This document shows, in pieces, positions 24,150 to 37,489 of a DNA stretch of 64,000 bases; positions within the stretch are counted from its first letter, which is position 1; each line of letters starts with the position of its first letter. The stretch is from Mobula hypostoma (lineage: Eukaryota): contig NC_086097.1 in the NCBI RefSeq assembly GCF_963921235.1, positions 4,340,001 to 4,404,000 of the forward strand, written 5' to 3'. The position numbers were made by a program, and so were the translations under genes. Under the pieces are notes generated by a model. It saw only the letters and a list, made by a program, of their open reading frames with translations, made no database searches and was not told the DNA's origin.

Positions 24150-25604
24150 GAAAGCACCTGACCTGGCGCGGAACCATTATCCCAGCAGGGAGGGAGGGAA
24201 CGTCGACTCAGACCACGAGAGGCCTGCGTTGGGCATTTTCATGCCTTACAAGGCGCAGGTTGGAAGTCTGTGTGGGGCGCCACTCCTCACACAGACGAGG
24301 GAAGCGGTCCCCAACCACCGGGTCGCGGACCGGTACAGGGCCGCAAAGCATGTGCTACCGGGCCGCGAGGAAACGATATGATTTGGCGATAGGAGTCAGC
24401 TGCACCTTTCCTCATTCCCTGTCACGCCCATTGTTGAGCTTGAACGCACGTGAGGTCATTACCCGTGGTCAACCATGTCAGCACGGGAAGGCGATCAACT
24501 CCTCGAGCTTGCAAATGACTACGGGCTGAAAAGTATGTTTGACATAACATCTCTGCCGGCATTCTGGATCAAAGTCAAGGCTAAATATCCTGAGATATTC
24601 ACGAAAGCACTGAAAACGTTGCTTCCATTTCCATCATATCTCTGCAACGAAAACTAAATTGCGGAATAGCTGGACATAAGGAACCCCCTTTGAGTATCGC
24701 CGTCTCCCATCACCCCTAGGACCGTGTTGTTGCAGGGAACAAGCCCAGGGCTCCCACTGATTTAGCGATATTGGTGTGTTGCAATGATTTTATATGTTCA
24801 TACGGAGAAAATATGTGCTGTGTGTTTAATATCCAAACGTTGCTTAAAATGTGATGATGCTATTGACATACTTATATAACCATATAACAATTACAGCATG
24901 GAAATAGGCCATCTCGGCCCTTCTAGTCCGTGCCGAACGCTACTCTCACCTAGTCCCACCGACCTGCACTCAGCCCATAACCCTTCATTCCTTTCCTGTC
25001 CATATACCTGTCCAATTTTTCTTTAAATGATAATATCAAACCTGTCTCTACCACTTCTACTGGAAGTTCGTTCAACACTTACTTCAAGCTCTCCTGTCCT
25101 CCCCTGATAATTGACTTATCACTATATTCATGCGTGGAAAATATGCACTGTGTGTTTAATATTATATTCGTTAGATAAACCTTTTTAGAAATGAAATTGA
25201 GTGTATTAGCCACTTATCACCAATATTCCGGTCGTGATTAACACCACCCCCCCACCCTCGTACAGAATCTCCAAAAACGATTTGTAGAGGGGGGCGGAGG
25301 GGGGAATCGGTAGGTCACGCATGCGCACTGGTGCCCGCGCAAGGGTTCATGGTCATTACAGTCTTTCTCGGGGTAAACTCAACGTATTTGACTGCCACTC
25401 TTGTCCGTTGGCAACCCTACCACCCCCCCCGCCCCGCCGGTTGGCCGGTCCGCAGTGCGAAAAAGAGGGGTCCCCTAGACTAGAGCAATGTGTGATTAAG
25501 TGCTTTGCTCAAGGACACAAACACGCTGCCACAGCTGAGGCTTGAACTAGCGACCTTGAGATCACTAGACGAACACCTTAACCACTTGGCCACGTGCCCA
25601 ACAC
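24150..25604 (-). mobile_element. tRNA-derived SINE split by a hAT element
   Basis: Minus-strand head has an A box (TGGCCAAGTGG) and B box (GTTCAAGCC), then CORE-like GTGTCCTTGAGCAAAGCACTTAA; the body appears to continue at 24150-24300. Confidence 0.65.
24302..25475 (+). mobile_element. Internally deleted hAT (Charlie-like) DNA transposon, containing a CR1 tail at about 24875-25075
   Basis: Left end AGCGGTCCCCAACC..GCGGACCGG; right end GCCGGTCCGC..AAAAAG.GGGG.CCC; hATC dimerisation remnant FWIKVKAKYPEIFTKALKTLLPFPSYLC. Confidence 0.8.
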
Positions 25605-25619
25605 CAGGCATGTTTCCTA

Positions 25620-27170
25620 ATGTTGCACAAGCTGGGTTTAAACTAGAATTGCAGGAATGAGAAACAGCAGAGGACAGATGGAGAGGTGGTAGGGGAGAAA
25701 GATGTTGTTAAGCCTAACATATAAAGTCAGGAATCAGAAAGGCTGAGCATAGGGGGACCAATGTTCTGAGCTGCATATATTTCAAAGCAGGGCGTATTGT
25801 ATGAAAGGTGGGTAAGTTTAGGGCATGGACCAGCACGTGGAATTATGATTTTGTAGCCATTAATGAAACTTGATTGCAGGAGAGGCAGGACTGGCAGCTC
25901 AGTGTTCTGGGGTTCCATTGTTTTATATGTCATAGAGCAGGAGGGATTAAAGGGGGAGGGTGGCACTACTAGTCAGTGAAAGTAGACATGGGACAGACTG
26001 GAGAGCTTGTCCAGTGAGGCTTTAAGAGTAGAACTGGGAATTAGAAAGGTATGACCATATTAATGGGATTATTTTACAAGCCAACCAACAGTCCATGCAG
26101 ATTTGGAGGAACAATTTGCAGAAAGATTGCAGACCGTTGAAAGAACATAGAACATAGAATAGTACAGCACAGTACAGGCCCTTCAGCCCACCCTCAAACC
26201 TGTTGTGCCGACCCTCAAACCCTGCCTCCCATATAACCCCCCACCTTAAATTCCTCCATATACCTGTCTAGCAGTCTCTTAAATTTCACTAGTGTATCTG
26301 CCTCCATCACTGACTCAGGCAGTGCATTCCACGCACCAACCACTCTCTGAGTAAAAAACCCTCCTCTAATATCCCGCCTTGAACTTCCCACCCCTTACCT
26401 TAAAGCCATGTCCTCTTGTATTGAGCAGTGGTGCCCTGGGGAAGAGGCGCTGGCTGTCCACTCTATCTATTCCTCTTATTATCTTGTACACCTCTGCTAG
26501 GTCTCCTCTCATCCTCCTTCTCTCCAAAGAGTAAAGCCCTAGCTCCCTTAATGCATACTCTCTAAACCAGGCAGCATCCTGGTAAATCTCCTCTGTACCC
26601 TTTCCAATGCTTCCACATCCTTCCTATAGTGAAGAAACATCGGTGATTTTAACTTTCCACATATGGACTAGGAATTCCATACTGTAAGCAGGCTGGATGG
26701 GAAAGATTTTATCAAATGTGTTCTGGACTGTTTCCTTCTTCAGAAGGTAGCAGTCCCAATGAGAGAACGGGTGATACCTGATCTCCTATTGAGGAAGGAA
26801 CAGGGCAGGTGACAGAAGTTTGTGTGGGAACAATTTGCATCTTGTGATCTTAATGACATTACTTTTACAGTAAATATGCAAAAAGATAGATCTGGTCTGC
26901 GGGTTGTGATTCTAAATCTGAGGAAGGCCAATTTTGATGATATCAGAAAGGATCTGGCAAGTGTGGACTGTGACAGGCTGTTTTCTGGCAAATATGTACT
27001 TGGTGAGTGGAAGGCCTTCAAAAATAAAGTTTTGAGAATACAAAGCCTGTCTGAATTAAAGGTAAAGATAACAGGTTCATGGTTTTCAAGAGATATTGAG
27101 GCCCTGGTTAAGAAAAAGAAGAGGTGCGTAGCAGGTAGAGGCAAGCAGGAACAATTGAAGAACTTGACGA
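25620..27170 (+). mobile_element. Decayed CR1 ORF2 endonuclease region, with a nested minus-strand CR1 3' end (26143-26630)
   Basis: ORF 26822-27250 (KANFDDIRKDLASVD) matches the APE domain at 35515-36444; ACATAGA tail repeats at 26143. Confidence 0.75.
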
Positions 27171-28535
27171 GCACCTCCAGAGCTAATTGTTTTGGAGCTC
27201 TGATCAGTGACCAGCTGATGTTTGGAATTGATTGGCAAGAACAAATGTAGGCAAGGGCAAGCTTAGTGGCCATTGTCGAAGTAGACAGGGTAAGAGTGGA
27301 GATTTTGGGGCTTTAGTTCATCAAAAGTTCAGTCAGAGAAGCAAAGACAAAAAGCAGTAATTACAGGTTCCCCCTTCTTTACATTTGTTCAGTTTGGACA
27401 GCAGAGATGCCAGGCAGGGTGGTTGAATGCGCCACTTGAGGGATGTGGGAAGGCAAGGAGGCCTCCAGTGACCCTGACAAACACAACTGCGAGAAGTGCC
27501 TCCAGCTGCAGCTTCTAACAATCCACTTAAGGTTTTGGATCTGGAACTGGGTGAATTCCAGATCATTGCGAAGGATGAGGGGGTGATGGACAAGACATTT
27601 AGAGAGGTAGTTACCGAAGAGCAGGACACAGGAAACTGAGTGACAGTCAGGAACGAGAAAGGGGTTAAGGGGCCAGTGCAGAGCACTTCTGTAGCCATAC
27701 CCCTCAACAACAGATATATCACTTTGGATTCTGTTGGGGATGGATGACTTAGCAGAGGAAAGCCACAGTGGCTGGGTCTCTGGCACTATGTCTGGCTCTG
27801 TGACTCACAGGGGAAGGGGCGGGGGTAGAAGAGGTCTGCTATGATAATAAGGGATTCATTAGTTAGGGGAACAGAAAGGAAGTTCTGTGGGTGTGAACAA
27901 GACTCCCGGATGGTTGGTCGCCTCTGGGTGCCAGGGTCTGAGCTATTTTGCAGCAAGTCCTCAGTATTCTTAACTGAAAGGGTGAACATCCAGAGATCAT
28001 GGTCCATGTAGGTACCAATGACATGGGTAGGATGAATGATGAGGTTCTGCATAGGGATTTCAGGGAGCTGGTTGCTAAGTTAAAGGGCAGGACCACCAGG
28101 GCTGCAATCTCAGCATTATTACCCCTGTGCCACATGCTAGTGAGGCCAGAACTAGGAAGATTATACAGTTTAACACGTGGCTAAGGAGTTGGTGTAGGAG
28201 GGAGGGCATAAGATTTTTGGATCATTGGGCTCTTCCAGGGAAAATGGTACCTTTACAGAAGGGATGGTTTGGACTTGAACTGGAGGGGGACTAATATCCT
28301 AGTGGAAAAGTTTGCTAATGCTGCACAGTGGAGTTAAAATTTGAGTTGCAGGGGGATGGGAAACAGAGTGATAGAACAGTTAGTGGAGAGGTTATGGAGG
28401 CAGATGTTGGTAAGTCTTCACACAAAGTCAGGAATAAAAAAGTTGAGCACGGCGTGACTAGTGTCCTGAGCTGGGTGTATTTCAATATAAGAAATATCAT
28501 TGGAAAGGTGGATCAGCTCAGTGCATGGGTCATGG

Positions 28536-30082
28536 GAGGCGGGAGGAGAAGATGGTGGCACGACGCAGCGCACGCAGCTCTCCTGTGAAATGATATCGTA
28601 TTTGTAAGTCAGATGCCGTGCACAGTTCTGATTTGATGGAGACAGATGTGAGAAGCACAGAGGAACACCTGGAGAAACTTCTGAAATGCCCGGATCGCTG
28701 CTGCTGCTACTGTGCGATCGAGAATCTCCGGAAGAAAAGGCCCCAAAATCCCCGGCTTTGCCTGCTGCTGGTAACCGAGGCTGGGGTCGAAGCATTCGGC
28801 AGAGATGGTGCTCGGTACTCGGTGTCGGAGGCCCGAAGTTTTTGGACGACGCAGAGTCGGACTGTGGTCGGGCACGGCAGGGAGCGTTTTCTTCCTTCTT
28901 CCATCTGCATGATATGTGGGACTTTTGAGAGACTTTGAACTTTTTTACTGTGCCCATGGCCTGCTCCTCATCAAGTTATGGTATTGTTGCACTGTTGTAA
29001 CTAGATAGAAACCATAGAAACCATAGAAAAACTACAGCACAGAAACAGGCCTTTTGGCCCTTCTTGGCTGTGCCGAACCATTTTCTGCCTAGTCCCACTG
29101 ACCTGCACACACACCATATCCCTCCATACACCTCCCATCCATGTATCTGTCCAATTTATTCTTAAATGTTAAAGAAGAACCCGTATTTACCACCTCGTCT
29201 GGCAGCTCATTCCATACTCTCACCACTCTCTGTGTGAAGAAGCCTCCGCTAATGTTCCCTTTAAACTTTTCTCCCCTCACCCTTAACCCATGTCCTCTGG
29301 TTTTTTTCTCCCCTTGCCTCAGTGGAAAAAGCCTGCTTGCATTCACTCTACCTATACCCATCATAATTTTATATACCTCTATCAAATCTCCCCTCATTCT
29401 TCTACGCTCCAGGGAATAAGGTCCTAACCTATTCAACCTTTCTCTGTAACTGAGTTTCTCAAGTCCCGGCAACATCCTTGTAAACCTTCTTTGCACTCTT
29501 TCAACCTTATTAATATCCTTCCTGTAACTTGGTGACCAAAACTGAACACAATACTCCAGATTCGGCCTCACCAATGCCTTATACAACCTCATCATAACAT
29601 TCCAGCTCTTATACTCAATACTTTGATTAATAAAGGCCAATGTACCAAATGCTCTCTTTATGACCCTATCTACCTGTGATGCCACTTTTAGAGAATTTTG
29701 TATCTGTATTCCCAGATCCCTCTGTTCAACTGCACTCCTCAGTGCCTTACCATTAACCCTATACGTTCTACGTTGGTTTGTCCTTCCAAAGTGCAATACC
29801 TCACACTTGTCTGTGTTAAATTCCATCTGCCATTTTTCAGCCCATTTTTCCAGCTGGTCCAAGTCCCTCTGCAAGCTTTGAAAACCTTCCTCACTGTCCA
29901 CTACACCTCCAATCTTTGTATCATCAGCAAATTTGTATCGTCAAAAATATGTTATAATTATGTGGTTTTTGTTAGTTTTCCAGTCTTGGTCTGTCTTGTG
30001 TTTCTGTGATATCACACTGGAGGAGTATTGTATCATTTCTTAATGCATACAGTAAAAGAGGACTGTGTGTCCTCATAATCTA
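28536..30082 (+). mobile_element. Second copy of the 690-bp non-autonomous retroposon, split by a young CR1
   Basis: GGAGGAGAAGATGGTGGC start; colinear with 17959-18645 once 29004-29940 is removed. Confidence 0.75.
29004..29936 (-). mobile_element. Young 5'-truncated CR1 LINE with an open RT C-terminal frame
   Basis: 270-aa ORF 29089-29901; (TTTCTATGG)n tail; visibly very similar to 33449-34390. Confidence 0.92.
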
Positions 30083-30485
30083 AAACACCTGGAATTACGA
30101 TATTGTGGCCATTACTGAGACTTGGATGCAGGAAGGGCAGGACCTGCAGCTCAGTATTCTGGGATTCTGGTTTTTTAAACATGATCAAGCAGAAAGTTAG
30201 AACCAGGAAGGGTCAATAACTCTACTGGATGTTTTTTATAGACCACCCAATAGTAACAGGGACATTGAGGAGCAGATAGGGAGACAGATTCTGGAAAGGT
30301 GACATAACAACAGGGTTGTCGTGGTGGGAGATTTTGATTTCCCAAATGTTGATCGGTATCTCAAAGGTTTTAGATGGGGTGTAGTTTGGTGTGTTCAGGA
30401 TGACTTCCTGACACAATATGTAGATAAGCCTACAAGAGGAGAGGCTGTACTTGATCTGGTATTGGAAATGAACCTGGTCAGGTGT

Positions 30486-33448
30486 CAAGTCTCTCTGTGA
30501 CCAGTGGTGTGCCTCAAGGATCTGTTCTTGGACCCCTTCTCTTTGTGATTTTTATAAATGACTTGGATGAGGAAGTGGAGGGATGGGTTAGTAAATTTGC
30601 GGATGACACACAAGATAGGGGTGTTGTGGATGGTGTGGAGGGCTGTCAGAGGTTACAGCGGGACATCGATAGGATGCAAAACTGGGCTGAGAAAGTGGCA
30701 GATGGAGCTCAACCCAGATAAGTGTGAGGTGGTTCATTTTGGTAGGTCAAATATGATGACAGAATTAATGGTAAGACTCTTGGCAGTGTAGAGGATCAGA
30801 GGGATCTTGAGGTCCATGTCCATCGGGCACTCAAAGCTGCTGCTTAGGTTGACTCTGTGGTTAAGAAGGCATATGGTGTATTGGCCTTCATCAACTGTGT
30901 GATTATGTTTAAAAGCCGAGAGGTAATATTGCAGCTATATCGGACCCTGGTCAGACCCCACTTGGAGTACTGTGCTCAGTTCTGGTCGCCTCACTACAGG
31001 AAGGATGTGGAAACTTCAGAAAGTGTGCAGAGGAGATTGACAAGGATGTTACCTGGATTAGGGAGCATGCCTTATGAGCAAACAACAGGAATTCTGAAGA
31101 TGCTGGAAATTCAAGCAACACACATCAAAGTTGCTGGTGAACGCAGCAGGCCAGGCAGCATCTGTAGGAAGAGGTGCAGTCGACGTCGACTGCACCTCTT
31201 CCTACAGATGCTGCCTGGCCTGCTGCGTTCACCAGCAACTTTGATGTGTGATGCCTTATGAGAATAGGTTGAGTGAATGCGGCCTTTTCTCCTTGGAGTG
31301 GCAGAGGAAGAGAGTTTACCTGATAGAGGTGTATAAGATGATGAGAGACATTGATTGTGTGGATAGTCAGAGGCTTTTTCCCTGGGCTGAAATGTTTAAA
31401 AAAAGGCTCTAAACATAAACCGGGAAATTATAGACCACTGAGTCTGACATCCATTGTGGGAAACTTATTGGAAAGTATTCTAATGAACTGGATATACAAG
31501 TATTTGGATAGACATAGACTGATTAAGCATCATCAGCATGACTTCACACGTGATAGGTCATGTCTAACCAATCTTATAGAGATTTTTGAGGAAGTTTTTT
31601 CAGGAAAGTAGATGAATGCAAGGCAATGGATGTTGTCTACATGGGCTTTGGCAAGGCATTTGACAGGGTCCCACGTGGGAGGTTGGTCAAGAAGGTTCTG
31701 TCACTTGGCATTCAGGATGAGGTAGTAAATTAGATTAAACATTGTCTCTGTGGGAAAAGTCAGAGAGTGGTATCAGTTGCCTCTCGGATTGAAGGCTTGT
31801 GATTAGTAATGGGCTGTGGGGATTGGTGTTGAGTTCTTTGTTACTTATTATCTATATCAATAATTTGGATGATAATGTTGTTAAATCGATCAGAAAATGT
31901 GTGGATGACACCAGGATTGGGTGTGTACTGGACAGTGAGGAAGTTTATCATAGTTTGGAGAGGGATCTGCATCAGCTGGAAAAATGGGCTGAAAAATGGC
32001 AGATGGAACTTAATACAGACAAATGCGAGGTTTTGTACTTCAGTAGGACCAACCAGGGTCGATGGTACACAGTGAACGGTAGGGGACTGAGGAGTGTGGT
32101 AGAACAAACAAATCTGGGAATACAGGTCCATAAATTGTTGAAAGTGGCATCACATGTAGATAGGTTCATAAAGAAAGCTTTTCATGCATTGGCCTTCATA
32201 AATCAAAGTAAATGATTTGGGATGGTATGTTGAAGTTCTATAAGATGTTGGTGAGGACTAATTTGGAGTATTGTGTGCAGTTTTGGTCACTTATCTGCAG
32301 GAAATATGTAAAGATGGTTGAAAGAGTACAGAGGAAATTTACAAAGATGTTGCTAGGTCTGGAGGGCCTGAGTAATGTGGAAAGATTGAATCTGTATACC
32401 TTAAAACTTAAAACTTAGAAGATTGAGAGGAGATTTGATAGAGGTATTCAAAATTATGTGCAATATAGACAGGGTAAATGCAAGCAAGCTTTTTCCACTG
32501 AGGTTGGGTAGGACTCTAACCAGAAGTGATGGGTTAAGGGTGAAAGGTGAAAGGTTTAAGTGGGAAAATTTCTTTGCTCAGAGGGTCGTAAGAGTGTGGA
32601 ATGAGCTTCCAACACAAATGGTGCATGTGAGCTCGACTTCAACATTTAAGAGAAGTTTGGATAGGTACATGGATGGATGGATGGGGTATGGAAGGCTATG
32701 ATCGTGGTGCAGGTCGATGGAAGTAGGCAGTGTAAATGGTTCAGTACAGACCACGTGGACTGAATGGCCTGTTTCTGTTCTGTACTTCTCTATGACTCTT
32801 GAGTCTATGATTCTATAAGAAATGCAAGAGAACATTTCAGAAGGAGATCAGGAGGGCTAAAGGAAGGCATGAAATTGCCCTAGCCAGAGAAGGTGAGGGA
32901 GAATCCTAAGGGCTTCTACAGATATACTAAGAGCAAAAGGATTGCAAGGGGCAAAATTGGTCCTCTGGATAATCAGCATGGTAATCCATGCATGGAGTCA
33001 AAAGAGATAGGGGAGATCTTAAATGGAGTTTACTTGGGAGATGGACAAACAGTCCATAGTACTGAGGCAAAGCAGCGGCAAGGTCTTGGGCCCCATACAG
33101 ATTATAGAGGAGGAGGAGTTTGCTGTATTGAGGCTAATTTAGTGTGGATAGAGTCCCAGGGCCTGACAATGTGTACCCTCAGACGCTACAGGAGGCAAGT
33201 GTAGAAAATGAAGGGGCCCAGAACCTCTCACAATACTCCAACATTATGATGCCAATGCCTGATAAAGCTTCAGCATTACAGCCTTGCTTTTATAGTTACA
33301 GCTATATAGGATCCTGGTCAGACCCCACTTAGAGTACTGTGCTCAGTTCAGGTCACCTTAGAACAGGAAGGATGTAGAAACTATAGAAAGGGTGCAGAGA
33401 AGATTTACACGGCTGTGCCTGGATTGGGGAGCATACCTTACGAGAATA
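30486..33448 (+). mobile_element. Stack of decayed CR1 ORF2 fragments
   Basis: [26 protein letters not shown] and NYRPLSLTS motifs in ORFs 30482, 30857, 31351, 31799, 32212, 32423 and 32893. Confidence 0.82.
31079..31250 (-). mobile_element. Penelope-derived insertion forming a perfect 132-bp palindrome plus a 40-nt tail
   Basis: Arms 31119-31184 and 31185-31250 with no spacer; 12-bp TSD ATGCCTTATGAG at 31067-31078 and 31251-31262. Confidence 0.9.
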
Positions 33449-36400
33449 GAAACCATAGAAACTAATTAGAAACCATAGAAAAACTATAGCACAGAAACAG
33501 GCCTTTTGGCCCTTCTTGTCTGTGCCGAACCATTTTCTGCCTAGTCCCACTGACCTGCACATGGACCATATCCTTCCATACTCCTCTCATCCATGTATCT
33601 GTCCAATTTATTCTTAAATCTTAAAAAAGAACCTGCATTTATCGCCTCGTCTGGCAGCTCATTGCATACTCCCACCACTCTCTGTGTGAAGAAGCCCCCC
33701 CAATGTTCCCTTTAAACATTTTCCCTCCTCACCCTGAACCCATGTCCTCTGGTTTTTTTCTCCCCTTGCCTCAGTGGAAAAAGCCTGCTTGCATTCACTC
33801 TATCTATACCCATCATAATTTTATATACCTCTATCAAATCTCCCCTCGTTCTTCTACGTTCCAGGGAATAAAGTCCTAACCTATTCAACCTTTCTCTGTA
33901 ACTGAGTTTCTCAAGTTCTGGCAACATCCTTGTAAACCTTTTCTGCACTCTTTCAACCTTATTAATATCCTTCCTGTAACTTGGTGACCAAAACTGAACA
34001 CAATACTCCAGATTCGGCCTCACCAATGCCTTATACAACCTCATCATAACATTCCAGCTCTTATATTCAGTACTTTGATTAATAAAGGCCAATGTACCAA
34101 AAGCTCTCTTTATGACCCTATCTACCTGTGACGCCACTTTTAGGGAATTTTGTGTCTGTATTCCCAGATCCCTCTGTTCTACTGCACTCCTCAGTTCCTT
34201 ACCATTTACCCTGTATGTTCTACGTTGGTTTGTCCTTCCAAAGTGCAATACCTCACACTTGTCTGTATTAAACTCCATCTGCCATTTTTCAGCCCATTTT
34301 TCCAGCTGGTCCAAGTCCGTCTGCAGACTCTGAAAATCTTCCTCACTTTCTACTACACCTCCAATCTTTGTATCATCAGCAAATTTGCTGATCTAATTTA
34401 CCACATTATCATCCAGATCATTGATATAGATGACAAATAACAATGGACCCAGCACTGATCCCTGTGGCACACCACTAGACACAGGCCTCCACTCTGAGAA
34501 GCAATTCTCTATTACCACTCTTTGACTTCTTCCATTGAGCCAATATCTAATCCAATTTAACACCTCTCCATGTATACCTAGCGACTGAATTTTCCTAATT
34601 AACCTCCCATGCGGGACCTTGTCAAAGGCCTTACTGACGTCCATGTAGACAACATCCACTGCCTTCCCTTCATCCACTTTCCTGGTAACCTCCTTGAAAA
34701 ACTCCAGTAGATTGGTCAAACATGACCTACCACGCACAAAACCATGTTGACTCTCCCTAATAAGTCCCTGCCTATCCAAATGCTTGTAGATTCTGTCTGT
34801 TAGTACTCCCTCCAATAACTTACCTACTACCGACATTAAACTTACTGGCCTATAATTTCCCGGATTACTTTTCGATCCTTTTTTAAACAACGGAATCATC
34901 CGGCACCTCACCTGTAGACAGCGACATTTTAAATATTTCTGCCAGGGCCCCTGCAATTTCAACACTAGTCTCCTTCAAGGTCTGAGGGAACACCCTGTCA
35001 GGTCCTGGGGATTTATCCACTTTAATTTTCCTCAAGACAGCAAGGACCTCCTCCTTTTCGATCTGTACAGTTTCCATGATCTCACTACTTGTTTCCTTTA
35101 ATTCCATAGACTTCATGCCAGTTTCCTTAGTAAATACAGACGCAAAAAACCTATTTAAGATCTCCCCCATTTCCTTTGGTTCCGCACATAGCTGACCACT
35201 CTGATCTTCAAGAGGACCAATTTCATCCCTTACAATCCTTTTGCTCTTAATATACCTGTAAAAGCTCTTTGGATTATCCTTCACTTTGACTGCCAAGGCA
35301 ACCTCATGTCTTTTAGACCTCCCGATTTCTTTCTTAAGTATTTTCTTGCTCTTCTTATACTCCTCAAGCACCTGATTTACTCCCTGTTTCCTATACATTT
35401 CACACAACTCCCTCTTCTTCTTTATCAGAGTTGCAATATCCCTTGAGAACCAAGGTTCCGTATTCCTATTCACTTTGCCTTTAATCCTGACAGGAACATA
35501 CAAGCTCTGCACTCTCAAATTTCTCCTTTGAAGGCTTCCCACTTACCGATCACATCCTTGCCAGAGAACAACCTGTCCCAATCCACACTTTTTAGACCTT
35601 TTCTAATTTCTTCAAATTTGGCCTTCTTCCAGTTCAGAACCTCAACCCTAGGACCAGATCTATCCTTGTCCATGATCAAGTTGAAACTAATGGTGTTATG
35701 ATCACTGGAACCAAAGTGCTCCCCTACACAGAGTTCTGTCACTTGTCCTAACTCGTTTCCTAACAGGAGATCCAATATTGCATCCCCTCTAGTTGGTCCC
35801 TCTATATATTGATTTAGAAAACTTTCCTGAACACATTTTACAAACCCTAACCCATCTAAACCCCTAACAGTATGGGAGACCCAATCAATGTATGGAAAAT
35901 TAAAATCCCCTACCACCACAACTTTATGTTTCCTGCAGTTGCCTGCTATCTCTGTGCAGATTTGCGCTTCCAGTTCTAGCTGACTATTGGGTGGTCTGTA
36001 ATACAATCCCGCTAATGTGGCCATACCTTTCCTGTTTCTCAGCTCCACCCATAAGGACTCAGTAGACAAGCCCTCTAATCTGTCCTGCCTGAGTACTGCT
36101 GTAACATTTTCCCTGACAAGCAATGCTAACCCCCCACCTTTCATTCCTCTGCCTCTGTCACATCTGGAACATTGGAACCCTGGAATATTAAGCTGCCAGT
36201 CCTGCCCCTCCTGTAGCCAAGTTTCACTAATTGCTATAACGTCATAATTCCACGTGTCAATCCACGCCCCCAACTCATCTGCTTTCCCCGCAATACTCCT
36301 AGCATTGAAATATATACACCTCAGAAGATTTTTACCACCACTCACAACCTTTCTATTAGTGGATTTGCTTGAACTTTTAACATCATTTATTTTCACCCCA

Positions 36401-37487
36401 GCCACACTGTCAGCTCTGGTACTCTGGTTCCCATCCCCCTGCAAATCTAGTTTAAAGCCTCCCCAATACCACTAACAAATTTCCCTGAAAGGATATTGGT
36501 CCCCTTGTAGCTCAAGTGTAACCCGTCTCTCTTGTACAGGTCCCACCTGCCCCAGAAGAGGTCCCAATGATCCTGAAATCTGAAACTCTGCCCCCTACAC
36601 CAGTTCCTCAGCCACTTGTTCCTCCTCCAGAGCATCCTATTCCTACCCTCACTGGCACGTGGCACAGGTAGCAATCCTGAGATTACCACTCTCGAGGTCC
36701 TGCTTTTCAACTTCCTACCAAGCTCTCTATACTCACTCTCCAGGACCTCCTCACTCTTCCTTGCTATGTCATTGGTAACGATGTGCACCACGACATCTGG
36801 CTGATCACCCTCCCACTTCAGAGTGTCATGCAATCGATCAGAGACATCCTTGACCCTGGCACCCAGGAGGCAACAAATCATCCTGGATTCTCTGTCACAA
36901 CCACAGAACCTCCTATCTGCACCTCTAACTATCGAGTCCCCTGTCACTACCGCTCTCCTCTTTTCCCCCCTCCCTTCTGCACTGCAGAGCCAGACTCAGT
37001 GCCAGAGATCCGGCTACTGCAGCTTGTCCCAGGTAAGCCATCCCCCCCAACAGTATCCAATGCGGTATACTTGTTGTTGAGGGGAATGGCCACAGGGGAA
37101 CCCTGCTCTGCCTGCCCTTTCCTCTTCCCTCGCCTGACAGTGACCCAATTTCCTGTCCTCTGCTCCTTTGGCGTAACTACCCCCCTGTAGCTACGATCTA
37201 TAATCTCCTCATTCTCCCGAATGATCCGCAGGTCATCCAGCTCCTGCTCCAGTTCCCTAACGCGGTTTGTCAGGAGCTGCAGCAGGATGCACTTCTTGCA
37301 GGTGTCGTTGTCAGGGACACCGGACTCCCTGACTTCCCACATCCTGCAAGAGGAGCATTCCAACATCCTGCCTGGCATTCTCTCTACGCTAGACAATCTG
37401 GACAAAAAAAAACTTACCGGAACCTACTCTGGCCTCTGCCTGTTCTCGCTGAAGCCTGTTGAGCCAAAGCCGTCCCACTCTGACTCA
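33449..37487 (-). mobile_element. Near full-length CR1 LINE (about 4 kb): ORF1 (zinc finger, coiled coil, SGNH esterase) and ORF2 (APE plus RT), frameshifted
   Basis: ORF1 37405-36447 (CSSC..CKKC, GDSIVRG, DGLHL); ORF2 36444 to about 33540 in four frames ([29 protein letters not shown]); 3' microsatellite tail; inserted in an older CR1 that resumes at 37490. Confidence 0.93.
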
Positions 37488-37489
37488 GC

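Larger units (their letters stand above)
27200..30485 (+). mobile_element. CR1 5' part (ORF1 plus start of APE), interrupted at 28536-30082
   Basis: MVHVGTNDMGR esterase motif and YFNIRNIIGKVDQL; resumes at 30083 with ACCTGGAATTACGAT. Confidence 0.78.
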
